A stretch of 64,000 nucleotides of DNA from an uncultured delta proteobacterium (GCA_963848295.1 CAWKDB010000001.1:65109-129108), one strand, 5' to 3'. Shown: positions 47,433-58,026, counted from the stretch's first letter. The notes: a model not told the origin generated them from the sequence alone. Numbers and translations: made by a program.

Positions 47433-47597
47433 CTAGCGATCGGTCGGCGCCGTTGCGTGGAAGCCGCGCGCATCGCGCTCGACGATCCAGATCGCGCCGT
47501 TCGCGACCAGTGGTACCGGGCCGGCGAGCACCTCACTCAGCCACAGCCGCATCACGCCGCCGTGCGAGATCGCGACCGCGATGCCGCCATCGTGCTC
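47433..47597 (-). pseudogene. Histidine phosphatase, C-terminal fragment (split by IS)
   Basis: EHDGGIAVAISHGGVMR carries the second catalytic His motif and joins in frame to the 49910-50335 fragment. Confidence 0.88.
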
Positions 47598-49909
47598 CAG
47601 AGTTCGGGCCGCATTTCGTGAACTGATCGAATGACGCGGGTTTACGAGAATTCGATTAGATCGATGGATTGTGGGAATTTCGGATCGCTGGCGGTTGTCT
47701 TGGCAACGATGGAAGCTCTCGACCTCGCCTTGCCTGAGCCGTCGCCAAAGCCCGCCCACGAAATCCGGCGTTTCTCGTCGGACGGGGTGGTGATCGTCCG
47801 GGACACGATCGCGAGCGTGTACATCGGCGGGACGCTGATCGGCGGGTTCGATCTGGACGACGATGACCGCGGCCCTCGCAACGTACTGGCAGTGACGCTC
47901 GCGAAAACCGATCAGTTCCACCTCGGGCGACTGGCAACAGCATTCGGGATCACGGACGAACATTTGCGGCGCCTGCGGCGGAAGGAAGAAGCCGCGGGGT
48001 TTGCTGCGGTGCTGGGACCGCGACGCGGAGGAGTTACGAAGGTAACGCGGGAGTTGCGAACTGTTTGGTACGCGATGTTCGACGCGGGGCGAATGCCGAT
48101 CGACGCGCACCGCGAACAGCCGCGCAAACAGCGCCTCGTGTATTCGACGGTGTGGCGCGTTTGGGACGACTGGCGTCGTGAGCGCGCCGCCGGGAGCCCT
48201 GTCGAGGCGGCACGGCAGGCCGCGCCGACCGCGATCGCCGGGCAGCTCGCACTGCTGATCGCCGGACCGGATCGCGATGTCGACCTCGGCGACGATCCGG
48301 TCACGGCCGACGAATTCGACGACAAGGATCAGGTGCCGATGACGGCGCAGCCGGTCCGCGGCGGAAAGCTCGTGCAGCACGCCGGCTGCTGGATCTTGCT
48401 CGCGCTTGCCGGCGAGATGGGGCTGCACGAAGAGGCGCAGCGCGCGTTCGAGGGCCGGCATCCCGATGGGCTGCGGATCGCGCTCGACGCGGTGATCTGT
48501 GCGCTCGCGCTCAAGCAATTCGTCGTCGAGGGTGTGCGCCGACTCGCGACACCGACCGGCGCGACGCTGCTGCGCGCCGAGCGCGTGCCCACGGCCAGCG
48601 GGGTCCGCAAGATCCTCGGTCGATTGCTCGCACAGACCGACGCCGGCGCCGCGCTGGAGGCACGGATGGCCGAGCGGCTGATCGCAACCGCAGCGAGCGA
48701 CGGCGCCCCGGCGATCTTCTACGTCGACAACCATCTACGGCCGTATACGGGCAAGCATGTCGTGCGAAAGGGCTGGCGGATGCAGGCCAAGCGCGTGCTG
48801 CCCGGGACGACCGACTACTACGTCCACGACGAGGACGGCCGGCCGATGTTTCGCGTGCCGGTGCCGTCGCACGATCACCTGACCGAGTGGCTGCTGCCCC
48901 TGGGCCAGCGCCTGCGCAAAGCGCTCGGCCCCGACGAGACGATCCTGCTCGCCTTCGATCGCGGTGGTGCGTTTGCCGCGCAACTCGCGGCGCTGCGCGA
49001 GGCCCACTTCGACTTCGTCACGTACGAGCGAAAGCCCTACGCCGAGCTGCCGGCGACGGCGTTTACAGCGGCGACGATCGCGGGCGAACAGGTCGGGCTG
49101 CACGAGAGCCGATTGCGAAATCTCGGCGAGGGTCGCGGGCGCCTTCGTCGCATCATGGTCTGCACCGAAGATGGTCGACAGGTGAGCTTGCTCGCCGCCT
49201 CGAAGCTGCCCGCGGAGCGGCTCGTCGAGATCCTGTGGCTCCGCTGGCGCCAGGAGAACGGCTTCAAGCACGGGGTCGAGCGCTGGGGCATCAACCAGCT
49301 CGACGGCCGGCGCGTCGAACCGTATCCACCCGGGACGATCATCCCGAACCCGGCACGTCGAAAGCTCGAGCGCGCGCTGCGGGTCTGGCGCACCGCCGAG
49401 GGCGACGCACGCCGCGAGCTGGCGCGGCTGGCCGCGGACGACAAGCGACGCGAGCGTGTCGAACGCGAGCTCGCAGAGTCGCTCGAATGGCAGCGGCAGC
49501 TCGAGGCGCTCCGCCCGCTGTTTCCGAAGCACGCCGCCGTCGAAGAGACCGAGCTCGCCGGCAAGCTCGTCCGCCACACGGGCAAGCTCAAGACTGTCAT
49601 CGACGTCATCCGCGTCGTCTGCGCCAACGCCGAGTCCGAGCTGGCCGCGATCGCCGCACCGCACATGAGCCGGCCCCGAGAGGCGAAGAAGCTCGTCGCG
49701 AACCTGTTCGCCGCGCCGGCAAAGGTGGCAATCACCGAACACGCCATCATCGTCCGCCTCGCGCCCGCAGCCAATCGATCCGAGCTCGACGCGATTCATC
49801 ATCTGCTCGGTCATCTTACCCAGCGCGGCCTGATCCTGCCGAGTGATCACAAGCGCCTTCCCCTACGCTTCGAAACCCAACTCCAATGAGATCAGCGTCC
49901 CGAAGTCTG
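47598..49909 (+). mobile_element. Insertion sequence, 2312 bp, 15-bp imperfect TIRs, 6-bp TSD
   Basis: Left end CAGAGTTCGGGCCGC; right end reverse complement CAGACTTCGGGACGC; GTGCTC duplicated at 47592-47597 and 49910-49915. Confidence 0.93.
47631..49889 (+). CDS. Large DDE transposase (IS4-superfamily-like) with N-terminal HTH-like region
   Basis: FYVDNH, LAFDRGG, RWRQENGFK; fills the element; true start may be a downstream ATG. Confidence 0.85.
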   Translation: MTRVYENSIRSMDCGNFGSLAVVLATMEALDLALPEPSPKPAHEIRRFSSDGVVIVRDTIASVYIGGTLIGGFDLDDDDRGPRNVLAVTLAKTDQFHLGRLATAFGITDEHLRRLRRKEEAAGFAAVLGPRRGGVTKVTRELRTVWYAMFDAGRMPIDAHREQPRKQRLVYSTVWRVWDDWRRERAAGSPVEAARQAAPTAIAGQLALLIAGPDRDVDLGDDPVTADEFDDKDQVPMTAQPVRGGKLVQHAGCWILLALAGEMGLHEEAQRAFEGRHPDGLRIALDAVICALALKQFVVEGVRRLATPTGATLLRAERVPTASGVRKILGRLLAQTDAGAALEARMAERLIATAASDGAPAIFYVDNHLRPYTGKHVVRKGWRMQAKRVLPGTTDYYVHDEDGRPMFRVPVPSHDHLTEWLLPLGQRLRKALGPDETILLAFDRGGAFAAQLAALREAHFDFVTYERKPYAELPATAFTAATIAGEQVGLHESRLRNLGEGRGRLRRIMVCTEDGRQVSLLAASKLPAERLVEILWLRWRQENGFKHGVERWGINQLDGRRVEPYPPGTIIPNPARRKLERALRVWRTAEGDARRELARLAADDKRRERVERELAESLEWQRQLEALRPLFPKHAAVEETELAGKLVRHTGKLKTVIDVIRVVCANAESELAAIAAPHMSRPREAKKLVANLFAAPAKVAITEHAIIVRLAPAANRSELDAIHHLLGHLTQRGLILPSDHKRLPLRFETQLQ

Positions 49910-50335
49910 GTGCTCGAGGCTGTCGAAGATGTTCGTCAGCGCACGCCACATCCGCGCGACCGCCGATTCGCGCGATTCGCCACCTGGCGGCGCCCCGGTC
50001 TGCGACAGCCACTGCGCCCACGCGTCCGGGTACTGGCTCGCACATTGATCGCGGGTCAGGCCTTCGAACGCGCCGAACTGACGTTCGCGCAGCAACGGCT
50101 CGGTGCGCAGGCCCGCGATCCGGAGCTCGTCCGCGACGATCTCCGCGGTCTGGTGCGCGCGCGCCAGATCGCTCGTCCATACCGCGCTCGCGCGCTCGCC
50201 CGCGAGCTTCGCGCCAAGCGCGCGCGCTTGCTCGCGACCGACGTCATCGAGCTCGACATCGGTATGGCCCTGCAAGCGACCGAGCGCGTTCCACGCAGTC
50301 TGGCCATGGCGCGTGAGAAAGACCCGCGGGCCCAC
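49910..50335 (-). pseudogene. Histidine phosphatase (phosphoglycerate mutase family), N-terminal fragment
   Basis: FLTRHGQTAWN..LQGHTD, SDLARAHQTA, LRERQFGAFEG, PPGGES. Confidence 0.9.
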
Positions 50336-50336
50336 G

Positions 50337-51614
50337 TTACGATCGCACGCGAACGAGCCAGCGATCGCGCTTCGTGCCGACGAGTAGCATCGTCTCGGTC
50401 GCGAGATCCGCGAGTGTCAACTTGCGATCGATGTCGCTGACTTTGACGTTGTTGAGCTGCGCGCCGCCTTGGGTCAGCAGGCGGCGCGCGGCCCCTTTCG
50501 AGTCGGTCACCGTCCGCGCGAGCAGATCGATCAGCGGCAACCCGGCGTCGAGCTCGGCGCGCGTGATGTCGACGGTCGGCGCATCGCCGGCGAGCACCCC
50601 GAGATCTGCGTCGGTCAAGCCCGCGAGCTCGCCGCCGAACATCACGTGCGTCACCGCTTCGACCCGCGCGATCGAAGCCGCGCCGTGGACCCACGCCGTC
50701 ATCGTATGCGCGAGCTCCTTCTGCGCGAGGCGTTTGCTGCGATCGACGTCATGCGCGGCCACGAGGTCGACGAGCTCGCCGAGCGGGCGCAGCGAGAACA
50801 GCCTGAGTAACCGCGCGGCATCTTCGTCGGAGACCTTGAGCCAGTACTGGTAGAACGCGTACGGACTCGTCCGACCGGCGTCGAGCCAGACGCGCTCTCC
50901 GGTCGACGTCTTGCCCATCTTGTTGCCGGCGCTGTCGAGCAACAGCGGCGCGGTCAACCCGAACAACTGGACGCCGCCGAGCTTGCGCTGCAGCTCGCAG
51001 CCTGCCGTGATGTTGCCGTATTGATCGCTGCCGCCGACTTGCAACCGACAACCGTGCGACTTCGCGAGGTGCACGAAGTCGAAGGCCTGGAGCAGCATGT
51101 ACGAAAACTCGGTGTAGCTGATCCCGGTGTCCCCCTCGAGTCGCGTGCGGACCGAGTCCTTCGCCATCATGTAGTTGATCGTGAGATGTTTGCCGACGTC
51201 GCGTAGGAACTCGAGGAACGAGACGCCGCGCGTCCAGTCGTAGTTGTTCACCAGCACCGCACCCGTGCGCGCTTCGTCGAAGTCGACCAGCCGACGGAGC
51301 TGCGCGTGAATTCCCGCCACGTTCGTCGCGAGCGTCGCGTCATCGAGCAGGTTGCGCTCTTCGCTCTTACCCGACGGATCACCGATCATTCCGGTCGCGC
51401 CACCGACGACGATGATCGGGCGATGGCCCGCGAGCTGGAGCCGGCGCAGCAGGATCGTCGGGACCAGGTTGCCGACGTGCAGGCTCGGCGAGGTCGGATC
51501 GTAGCCCGCGTACGCCGACACCGGAGCCGATGTCGATAACAGCTGGGCCAGTCCGTGGCGATCGGTGACGTCGGCCACCAGGCCACGCGCCGATAGCTCG
51601 TCGAGAAGTGTCAT
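50337..51614 (-). CDS. tyrS: Tyrosine--tRNA ligase
   Basis: YAGYDPTSPSLHVGN (HIGH-like), LLQAFDF, GGSDQYGNI, KMGKT, C-terminal S4-like domain. Confidence 0.96.
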   Translation of the reverse strand: MTLLDELSARGLVADVTDRHGLAQLLSTSAPVSAYAGYDPTSPSLHVGNLVPTILLRRLQLAGHRPIIVVGGATGMIGDPSGKSEERNLLDDATLATNVAGIHAQLRRLVDFDEARTGAVLVNNYDWTRGVSFLEFLRDVGKHLTINYMMAKDSVRTRLEGDTGISYTEFSYMLLQAFDFVHLAKSHGCRLQVGGSDQYGNITAGCELQRKLGGVQLFGLTAPLLLDSAGNKMGKTSTGERVWLDAGRTSPYAFYQYWLKVSDEDAARLLRLFSLRPLGELVDLVAAHDVDRSKRLAQKELAHTMTAWVHGAASIARVEAVTHVMFGGELAGLTDADLGVLAGDAPTVDITRAELDAGLPLIDLLARTVTDSKGAARRLLTQGGAQLNNVKVSDIDRKLTLADLATETMLLVGTKRDRWLVRVRS

Positions 51615-51705
51615 GAAACGCACCGTACCGCGGCGGAGTTTGGCCAGTAAAGCGTGGTCGGGCGGGCAACTAGACCGCGGGTGGTCTATGATCAAAGAGC
51701 GCGAA

Positions 51706-53493
51706 ATGCCTGGGGAGCGCGACGACGAACTAGCCACGCTCGCCGACACGCCGTCGTCAAAAGCTGCGTCGCCGGACGATATCGGCACTGCCATGGATCG
51801 GCCGCGGCGCGTCGACTCGGACGAGTCTGCCCATGCTGCGGGCTCCGCTGATCCGCTCAAGAAGCCGGTCGCGGTCGCGGTGAAGTTGCCGGCGACCATG
51901 CCGATCGGCCTCGGCACGCGCAGCCAACACGGATCGTCGCTCACGCTGTCGACCGCCGCCGACGCGATGATGAACGAGGAGGTTCAACGCACGCGGTTGT
52001 TCATCCTGTGCGGCGCCGCGCTGAGTATCACCGCGCTCGTCGCGCTGCCGTTCGTCGGAGCGCCGCGCGCGATGACGCTCGTGATGACGGTGACGATGGT
52101 GTGGGCGGTGGTCATGGGTGGGTACTTCTATCGTCGGTTCGGCCAGCCGAACGGCTACAGCGAAGGGGCGATGCTCGCGCTCGCCGGGTTTTCGATCATC
52201 AACTCCACGATCGGGATCTTGTTCTTCGGCGTGTTCTCGACCGCGCCGGTGATCATCGTCGTCGGCATCCACTTTGCCGCGCGTACCGATTCGGAGCGCG
52301 CGGCAAAGTGGGTGTTCGCGTTCGCGGCCGGTTGCTATCTCGTGACGTCGTCGCTCGTGGTCAGCGGTGCGATCGCAGATCCGGGCGTCTTCGCCGGCGA
52401 TGCGCCGCTGTCGCCGACCACGCTCGCGACCGGTGCGGCGTTCGTGCTCGCGATGTACGTGCTCGCGTATTACACGGCGCGCCAGCAACGGGCAGCGTCG
52501 CTACATTCGATCGAGACGCTGCAGCGCGCGACGCGGCTCGCCTCGCAACGCAAGGCGCTGATGGACGAGCTGCGCGCCGACCTCGAGCGAGCCCTGCGCG
52601 TCGGCGGGCCGGGGCGCAACACCGATCAGGTCGTCGGCCGGTTCAAGCTCGGCATGGTGCTCGGCCGGGGCGCGATGGGCGAGGTCTACGAAGCGACGCA
52701 CACCGAGACCAGCGAGCTCGCCGCCGTCAAGCTGCTCAAGCGCGAGCTGCTCTCCGATCCCACCCATGTCGCGCGGTTCCTGCGCGAGGCCAGGGCGAGT
52801 GGCGCGCTCGCCTCGCCGCATGTCGTCCGCGTGATCGAGGCGGCCGCCGACGAGCTCCCGTATCTCGCGATGGAACGGCTGCGCGGCGTGACGCTCGCCG
52901 ACTTGCTCCGGCGCGATGGCGCGTTGTCCCCAGCCGCGACGCTCGAGCTCGCCCGCCAGGTCGGCTTGGGCGTCGATGCGGCGGCGGCCGCCGGCATCGT
53001 CCATCGCGATCTCAAGCCGCAGAATCTGTTCTTCACCGAGCCCGACGGCGTGTGGAAGATCTTGGACTTCGGCATGGCGACGCTGTCCGACGACAGCGGC
53101 ACGTTGACCGCGGGTGGCATCGTCGGGACGCCCAGCTACATGGCCCCGGAGCAGGCCCAGGGCAAGCGAGTCGATGCGCGCGCCGATGTCTACGCGATCG
53201 CGGCGGTGGCATATCGCTGCCTCACCGGTCGCCATCCATTCTCCGCGCCCGACACGCCGGCGCTGCTCTACGCGGTCGTCCACAAGATGCCGGTCCAGCC
53301 GAGCGAGCTCGCGGCGTTACCCGAAGACGTCGACCGGTGGGCCGCGATCGCGCTCGCCAAAGCCACCGACGATCGGTTCGCGACCGGCGCCGAGCTCGCC
53401 GCCGCACTCGACACCGCGCTCGCGAGCGCGCTCGATCCCGCGCTGCGCAAGCGCGCCGATCACCTGCTGCGCAAGCACGGCTGGGGGGAGTGA
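51706..53493 (+). CDS. Multi-TM Ser/Thr kinase (membrane domain N-terminal)
   Basis: About 6 hydrophobic helices, coiled coil, GRGAMGEVY, HRDLKPQN, DFG, GTPSYMAPE. Confidence 0.9.
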   Translation: MPGERDDELATLADTPSSKAASPDDIGTAMDRPRRVDSDESAHAAGSADPLKKPVAVAVKLPATMPIGLGTRSQHGSSLTLSTAADAMMNEEVQRTRLFILCGAALSITALVALPFVGAPRAMTLVMTVTMVWAVVMGGYFYRRFGQPNGYSEGAMLALAGFSIINSTIGILFFGVFSTAPVIIVVGIHFAARTDSERAAKWVFAFAAGCYLVTSSLVVSGAIADPGVFAGDAPLSPTTLATGAAFVLAMYVLAYYTARQQRAASLHSIETLQRATRLASQRKALMDELRADLERALRVGGPGRNTDQVVGRFKLGMVLGRGAMGEVYEATHTETSELAAVKLLKRELLSDPTHVARFLREARASGALASPHVVRVIEAAADELPYLAMERLRGVTLADLLRRDGALSPAATLELARQVGLGVDAAAAAGIVHRDLKPQNLFFTEPDGVWKILDFGMATLSDDSGTLTAGGIVGTPSYMAPEQAQGKRVDARADVYAIAAVAYRCLTGRHPFSAPDTPALLYAVVHKMPVQPSELAALPEDVDRWAAIALAKATDDRFATGAELAAALDTALASALDPALRKRADHLLRKHGWGE

Positions 53494-53494
53494 C

Positions 53495-55144
53495 GTGACG
53501 ACGATCCGCCCGCGCGACTCTTACTCGGTGCACCAGGTCGCGTCGCGCACGAGCGTCACGACCGCAGCCGACGCGCTGCATGACGAGGAGGTCGAGCGCA
53601 CGCGCGCGTTCTTGCGCTCGGGCTGGGTGGTCGCGCTCGGCGTCATCGTCGCGGTCTTGACCCTGCCGGGAGATCGCCGGCTCGCGATTGGCATCCTCGG
53701 GCTGGTCGCGGTCGGCGTCGTGTCGAGCGCGCTGATCTACCACCGGCTGCGAGATCCCACCAAGCTCGACCAGGGCCAGCTCACCGCGCTCGCGTTCTTG
53801 TGCGTCACCGCCGGCCAGCTCGGCGTGATGTTCGTGGGCTTGTTCTCGGCCGCGCCTTTGATCGTCGTGCTCGGGCTGTATTTCTTTTGCCGGACCGAGA
53901 ACACGCTCGCCGCGTATTCGCTGTACGGCTTCGCCGCCGGCGCGCACCTGATCGAGTCGATCTTCATCATCTCGGGAGTCGCGCACGATCCGGGCTTCTA
54001 CCCGTTGCGCTCGCATACCTCGGTGGAGGGCGCGGTCGCCGGCCAGTTCGGGTTCCAGCTCGCGTACGCGATCGGCTTCGTGATGGCACGCGTCGGCCGC
54101 CGCGCATCGCTCGAATCGATCGAGGCGCTGACCGAGGCGACGCGCCTCGCCGCGCAGCGCGAAGAACAGGTGAACGAGCTGCGCCAAGATCTCGATCGCG
54201 CGTTGCAGATCGGCGGCCCCGGGCGATTCACCGGCCACGTCGTCGGCAACTGGGAGCTCGGCTCGGTACTCGGTCGGGGCGCGATGGGCGAGGTCTACGA
54301 AGCCGTGCATACGACGACCCAGGCTGAGGGCGCGGTCAAGCTGCTGCGCCGCGAGCTGCTCGGCGAACGCGACTACGTCGAGCGCTTCCTGCGCGAGGTC
54401 CGCGCGGCCAGTGCGCTCGACTCGCCGCATGTCGTGCGCGTGCTCGATGCCTCGACCCCGGAAGACCCGATTCCGTTTCTCGCGATGGAGCGCCTGCACG
54501 GCAAGTCACTCGGCGATCTCTTGCGCGGCTCGACCGGCATCGCACGTCCGCGGCTCGCCGAGCTCGTCGAACAAACCGCCGGCGTCCTCGAGAAAGCGCG
54601 TGAAGCACACATCGTGCATCGCGATATCAAGCCCCACAACCTGTTCCTGACCGAGGATGGCAACTGGAAGGTCCTGGACTTCGGGGTCGCGACGCTCGGC
54701 GACAACTCCGGCACGCTCACCGGTGGCGGCGTGATCGGCACGCCGACGTACATGGCGCCGGAACAAGCCAAAGGCGATCAGGTCGATCCGCGCGCGGATG
54801 TCTACGCGCTCGGCGCGGTGATCTATCGCTGCCTCACCGGCCGCGTACCGTTCGGCGGGCGCGACACCGCGTCGGTGCTCTATGCGGTCGTCCATCAGAT
54901 GCCGCCTCGGCCATCCGCGATCGCCCAGGTCAGCGCGGCGCAGGAAGCGGTGCTCGCGATCGCGCTCGCGAAGTCGCGCGACTTGCGGTTTCAGACCGCG
55001 GCCGAGCTCGCAGATGCGTGGACCGCGGCGGAGGCCGGTTCGTTGTCGTCGGCGCTGCGCGATCGCGCGAAGGGGTTGTCGCGCACCAAGCCGTGGGCGG
55101 AACCGATCGACAGCGACACGAAACAGATCGGCGCCGCGCGCTAG
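53495..55144 (+). CDS. Multi-TM Ser/Thr kinase paralog
   Basis: Same architecture; HRDIKPHN, DFG, GTPTYMAPE; GTG 1 nt after the upstream stop. Confidence 0.9.
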   Translation: MTTIRPRDSYSVHQVASRTSVTTAADALHDEEVERTRAFLRSGWVVALGVIVAVLTLPGDRRLAIGILGLVAVGVVSSALIYHRLRDPTKLDQGQLTALAFLCVTAGQLGVMFVGLFSAAPLIVVLGLYFFCRTENTLAAYSLYGFAAGAHLIESIFIISGVAHDPGFYPLRSHTSVEGAVAGQFGFQLAYAIGFVMARVGRRASLESIEALTEATRLAAQREEQVNELRQDLDRALQIGGPGRFTGHVVGNWELGSVLGRGAMGEVYEAVHTTTQAEGAVKLLRRELLGERDYVERFLREVRAASALDSPHVVRVLDASTPEDPIPFLAMERLHGKSLGDLLRGSTGIARPRLAELVEQTAGVLEKAREAHIVHRDIKPHNLFLTEDGNWKVLDFGVATLGDNSGTLTGGGVIGTPTYMAPEQAKGDQVDPRADVYALGAVIYRCLTGRVPFGGRDTASVLYAVVHQMPPRPSAIAQVSAAQEAVLAIALAKSRDLRFQTAAELADAWTAAEAGSLSSALRDRAKGLSRTKPWAEPIDSDTKQIGAAR

Positions 55145-56715
55145 CGCGCGTAGTCAGAGGCGCGCGTCTCGCGTACGACCACGACGCGCACCTGGCCGGG
55201 ATACGTCGCTTCGGTCTCGATCGCGCGCGCGATCTCCTTCGACATCACGACTGCCTGCGCGTCGTCGACCTGATCGTTCATCACCATGACGCGAATCTCG
55301 CGACCGGCTTGCAGCGCGAACGCGCGCTCGACGCCGCCGAACCGTTTGCAGATCGCCTCGAGGTCATCGAGCCGTTTGATGTACGACGCGAGCTGTTCGC
55401 GCCGCGCACCCGGACGCGCCGCCGATAGCGAGTTCGCCGCGGCGACGATGTGATCGAGCAGCGCCTGCGGTTGCGGGCCGGTCTCGTCACCGTGGTGCGA
55501 GGCGATCGCCTGCCAGACCTTCGGCGACTCGCCGTGCTTCCGCGCGAGCTGCGCGCCGACGTCGCCATGCGGGCCTTCTTGCTCGTGATCGACCGCTTTG
55601 CCGATATCGTGGAGCAGGCCAGCTCGGCGCGCGAGCTTGACGTTCGCACCGAGCTCGGCCGCGATCAGGCCGGCGAGGTAGCCGACCTCGATCGAATGAA
55701 GCAGCACGTTCTGCGCGTACGACTGGCGGAACTTGAGCCGGCCGAGATGGCGCACGAGCTCGGGGTGCACGCGATGCAGGCCGAGATCGAACACCGCGGC
55801 TTCGCCGGCCTCCTTGCACGCCTTGTCGACTTCTTTCTCCGCCTTGCGCACCACTTCTTCGATCCGCGTCGGATGGATGCGGCCGTCGGCGACGAGCGCC
55901 GAGATCGCGATCCGGGCGATCTCGCGGCGCACCGGGTTGAAGCAAGAGATCGTGATCGACTCGGCGGTGTCGTCGATGATGAGGTCGATGCCGGTCGCGG
56001 CCTCGAGTGCGCGGACGTTGCGACCTTCGCGACCGATCAGCCGGCCCTTGAGATCATCGGACGGCAACGGAATCACCGCGACCGTACGCTCGTGCACGAA
56101 TTCGCTCGCGAACCGCTGGATCGCGGTCGCGACGATCGTCTTCGCACGCGCGGTGGCGTCGCGGTGCGCCTCGTCTTCGATCCGCTTGATGTCGACCGCG
56201 GCAGAGGCGAGCGCTTGGCTGCGCACCTCCTCTTCGAGCCGCTTGCGCGCTTGATCTTCGGACAGGCCGGCGATCTGCTCGAGCCGTTTGCGCGACTCGG
56301 CTTGCGCGGCTTCGGCCTTCTCGACCGCGGCGTCGGCCTGCTTGATCCGGCCGTCGACGCTGCGCTCTTTCTTGTCGATCTCGCTCGCCCGGCGATCGGT
56401 GTCCTTGCGCGCCTTGTCGATGTCGCGCTCTTTCGCCGCGATCGCCTCTTCGCGCTTCGCGATCTCGCCGCGCCGTTGCTTGAGCTCGTCGTCGAGCTCG
56501 GCCTTGCGCTTGCGCGCGGCCTCCTTGCCCTCGACCGCCGCCGCGTTCTTGATCGCATCGACCTCGGCCTGCGCCGCGGTCTTGAGCTTCGCCGCTTCGG
56601 CCTCGGCGGCCTCGCGCGCCGAGCCGTCACCCTTGCCCTTGCCGAGCCGGCCGCCGAGCACGACCCCGGCGATGAGCCCGAGCGCGACCGCGACGAGGAG
56701 GTAGACCGGTTCCAT
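55141..56715 (-). CDS. rny: Ribonuclease Y
   Basis: N-terminal TM, coiled coil, KH (KGRLIGREGRN), HD (LLHDIGKA), ALQAGREIRV. Confidence 0.96.
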   Translation of the reverse strand: MEPVYLLVAVALGLIAGVVLGGRLGKGKGDGSAREAAEAEAAKLKTAAQAEVDAIKNAAAVEGKEAARKRKAELDDELKQRRGEIAKREEAIAAKERDIDKARKDTDRRASEIDKKERSVDGRIKQADAAVEKAEAAQAESRKRLEQIAGLSEDQARKRLEEEVRSQALASAAVDIKRIEDEAHRDATARAKTIVATAIQRFASEFVHERTVAVIPLPSDDLKGRLIGREGRNVRALEAATGIDLIIDDTAESITISCFNPVRREIARIAISALVADGRIHPTRIEEVVRKAEKEVDKACKEAGEAAVFDLGLHRVHPELVRHLGRLKFRQSYAQNVLLHSIEVGYLAGLIAAELGANVKLARRAGLLHDIGKAVDHEQEGPHGDVGAQLARKHGESPKVWQAIASHHGDETGPQPQALLDHIVAAANSLSAARPGARREQLASYIKRLDDLEAICKRFGGVERAFALQAGREIRVMVMNDQVDDAQAVVMSKEIARAIETEATYPGQVRVVVVRETRASDYAR

Positions 56716-57308
56716 CAGGCCACTCGATACGTCGCGACGTCGGTCACGATCGCGTGAAGGAGCGCGTCGTGCGGATCGCGCTCGACCTGATCGAGGACCT
56801 GACACTCGAACGCCAGCCCGATGCGGACGGCGTGCGGCGCAGCGGCGAGCGTCGCGTCGTAATGGCCGCGGCCCCAACCGATGCGCCCGCCGGCGCGATC
56901 GAACGCGACACCCGGGATGATGAACGCGGCGATCGCATCGAGCGCGATCGCGGGCACCTCGGCGCGTGGCTCGCGCAGCCCGAACCGCCCGGGCGCGAGC
57001 TCGGCCGGAGCGGCGAGGTGAAACGACAGCGTGCGGCCTTCGCCGACCCGCGGGTACGCGACCGCGATCGCGCGCGCGCGCAGCAGCGCATCGAGCTGCG
57101 CGGTATCGACCTCGCTGCCTTTCGCCGCGTAGAGTGCGACCGTGCCGGTGATCGCGTGCTCGGCGATCAGCCGTGCCGTGTTCGCGGCGATCTGCGCGCT
57201 CGCGCGTGCGCGTGCCTCGGCGGTCAGGCTATCGCGGCGCGAGAGCAGCGTCCGCCGCGTCGCCGGCTTGCCACGCAAAGTCGAAGGAGGTGCCACGGGC
57301 TCGAGCAA
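56715..57308 (-). CDS. ygfA: 5-formyltetrahydrofolate cyclo-ligase
   Basis: IIPGVAFDRAGGRIGWGRGHYD, DPHD; start TTG 57308 or GTG 57296. Confidence 0.9.
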   Translation of the reverse strand: MLEPVAPPSTLRGKPATRRTLLSRRDSLTAEARARASAQIAANTARLIAEHAITGTVALYAAKGSEVDTAQLDALLRARAIAVAYPRVGEGRTLSFHLAAPAELAPGRFGLREPRAEVPAIALDAIAAFIIPGVAFDRAGGRIGWGRGHYDATLAAAPHAVRIGLAFECQVLDQVERDPHDALLHAIVTDVATYRVA

Positions 57309-57394
57309 GGTATACGCGGCGCGGAAAGGGAGCGCGCATCATAGCCTCCGCGCGGTCGCGATCAAGCCCGCAAGCCATCGGATCGTCTGGGAAA

Positions 57395-57721
57395 TCAGCG
57401 CGTCTGATGCTGGCGCATGATGAAGTTCGCCAATGGGCGGCGAGCAGCCAGCGCGAGCGCATCGTCCGCGAAGCGCAGTCCCATGCCATGGCGTTCGTCG
57501 GTTTCGACGCGCACGACTTCAGCCGACAGTTGCACGAGCGAGTCCTCGCCGGGCAGCTCGAGATCGAGCTCGACGGACGAGCCCGGATCGAGCTGACCTT
57601 GCGCGGCCAAGAACGCGCCGCTGCGCGAGACATCTTCGACGAGACCGTCGATAACGAGCCCGGGCACCTTGCACTGCGCCCGAACGCGGACGGGAACTCG
57701 AACTGCTTCCCGCTGGTCCAT
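57395..57721 (-). CDS. PilZ-domain protein
   Basis: QREAVR (RxxxR) and DVSRSG (DxSxxG), GMGLRF. Confidence 0.88.
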   Translation of the reverse strand: MDQREAVRVPVRVRAQCKVPGLVIDGLVEDVSRSGAFLAAQGQLDPGSSVELDLELPGEDSLVQLSAEVVRVETDERHGMGLRFADDALALAARRPLANFIMRQHQTR

Positions 57722-57855
57722 GTCGTGAAACCTACGCTAGCTACCTACGTTTGTAAAATCAATGGAAGCTATATGGTTAGCCCTGAAAGCGCGGCTGAAC
57801 TCCCGATCGGCGGTTGCAATCCACGCTCGGCTACGGCAGATTGCAGCGCCCAAGA

Positions 57856-57928
<73 letters not shown>

Positions 57929-57950
57929 CCCCTCGAAAGAATTTTGCAAA

Positions 57951-58026
57951 GACCCCGTCGTCCAGAGGCCTAGGACACCCGCCTTTCACGCAGGTAACAC
58001 GGGTTCGAATCCCGTCGGGGTCGCCA
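57951..58026 (+). tRNA. tRNA-Glu(TTC), integration target
   Basis: GACCCCG..CGGGGTC-G-CCA, loop CTTTCAC. Confidence 0.95.

Noticed and set aside
57309..57394. 6S RNA expected upstream of ygfA
   Set aside because: The gap is only ~86 bp, too short for 6S RNA.
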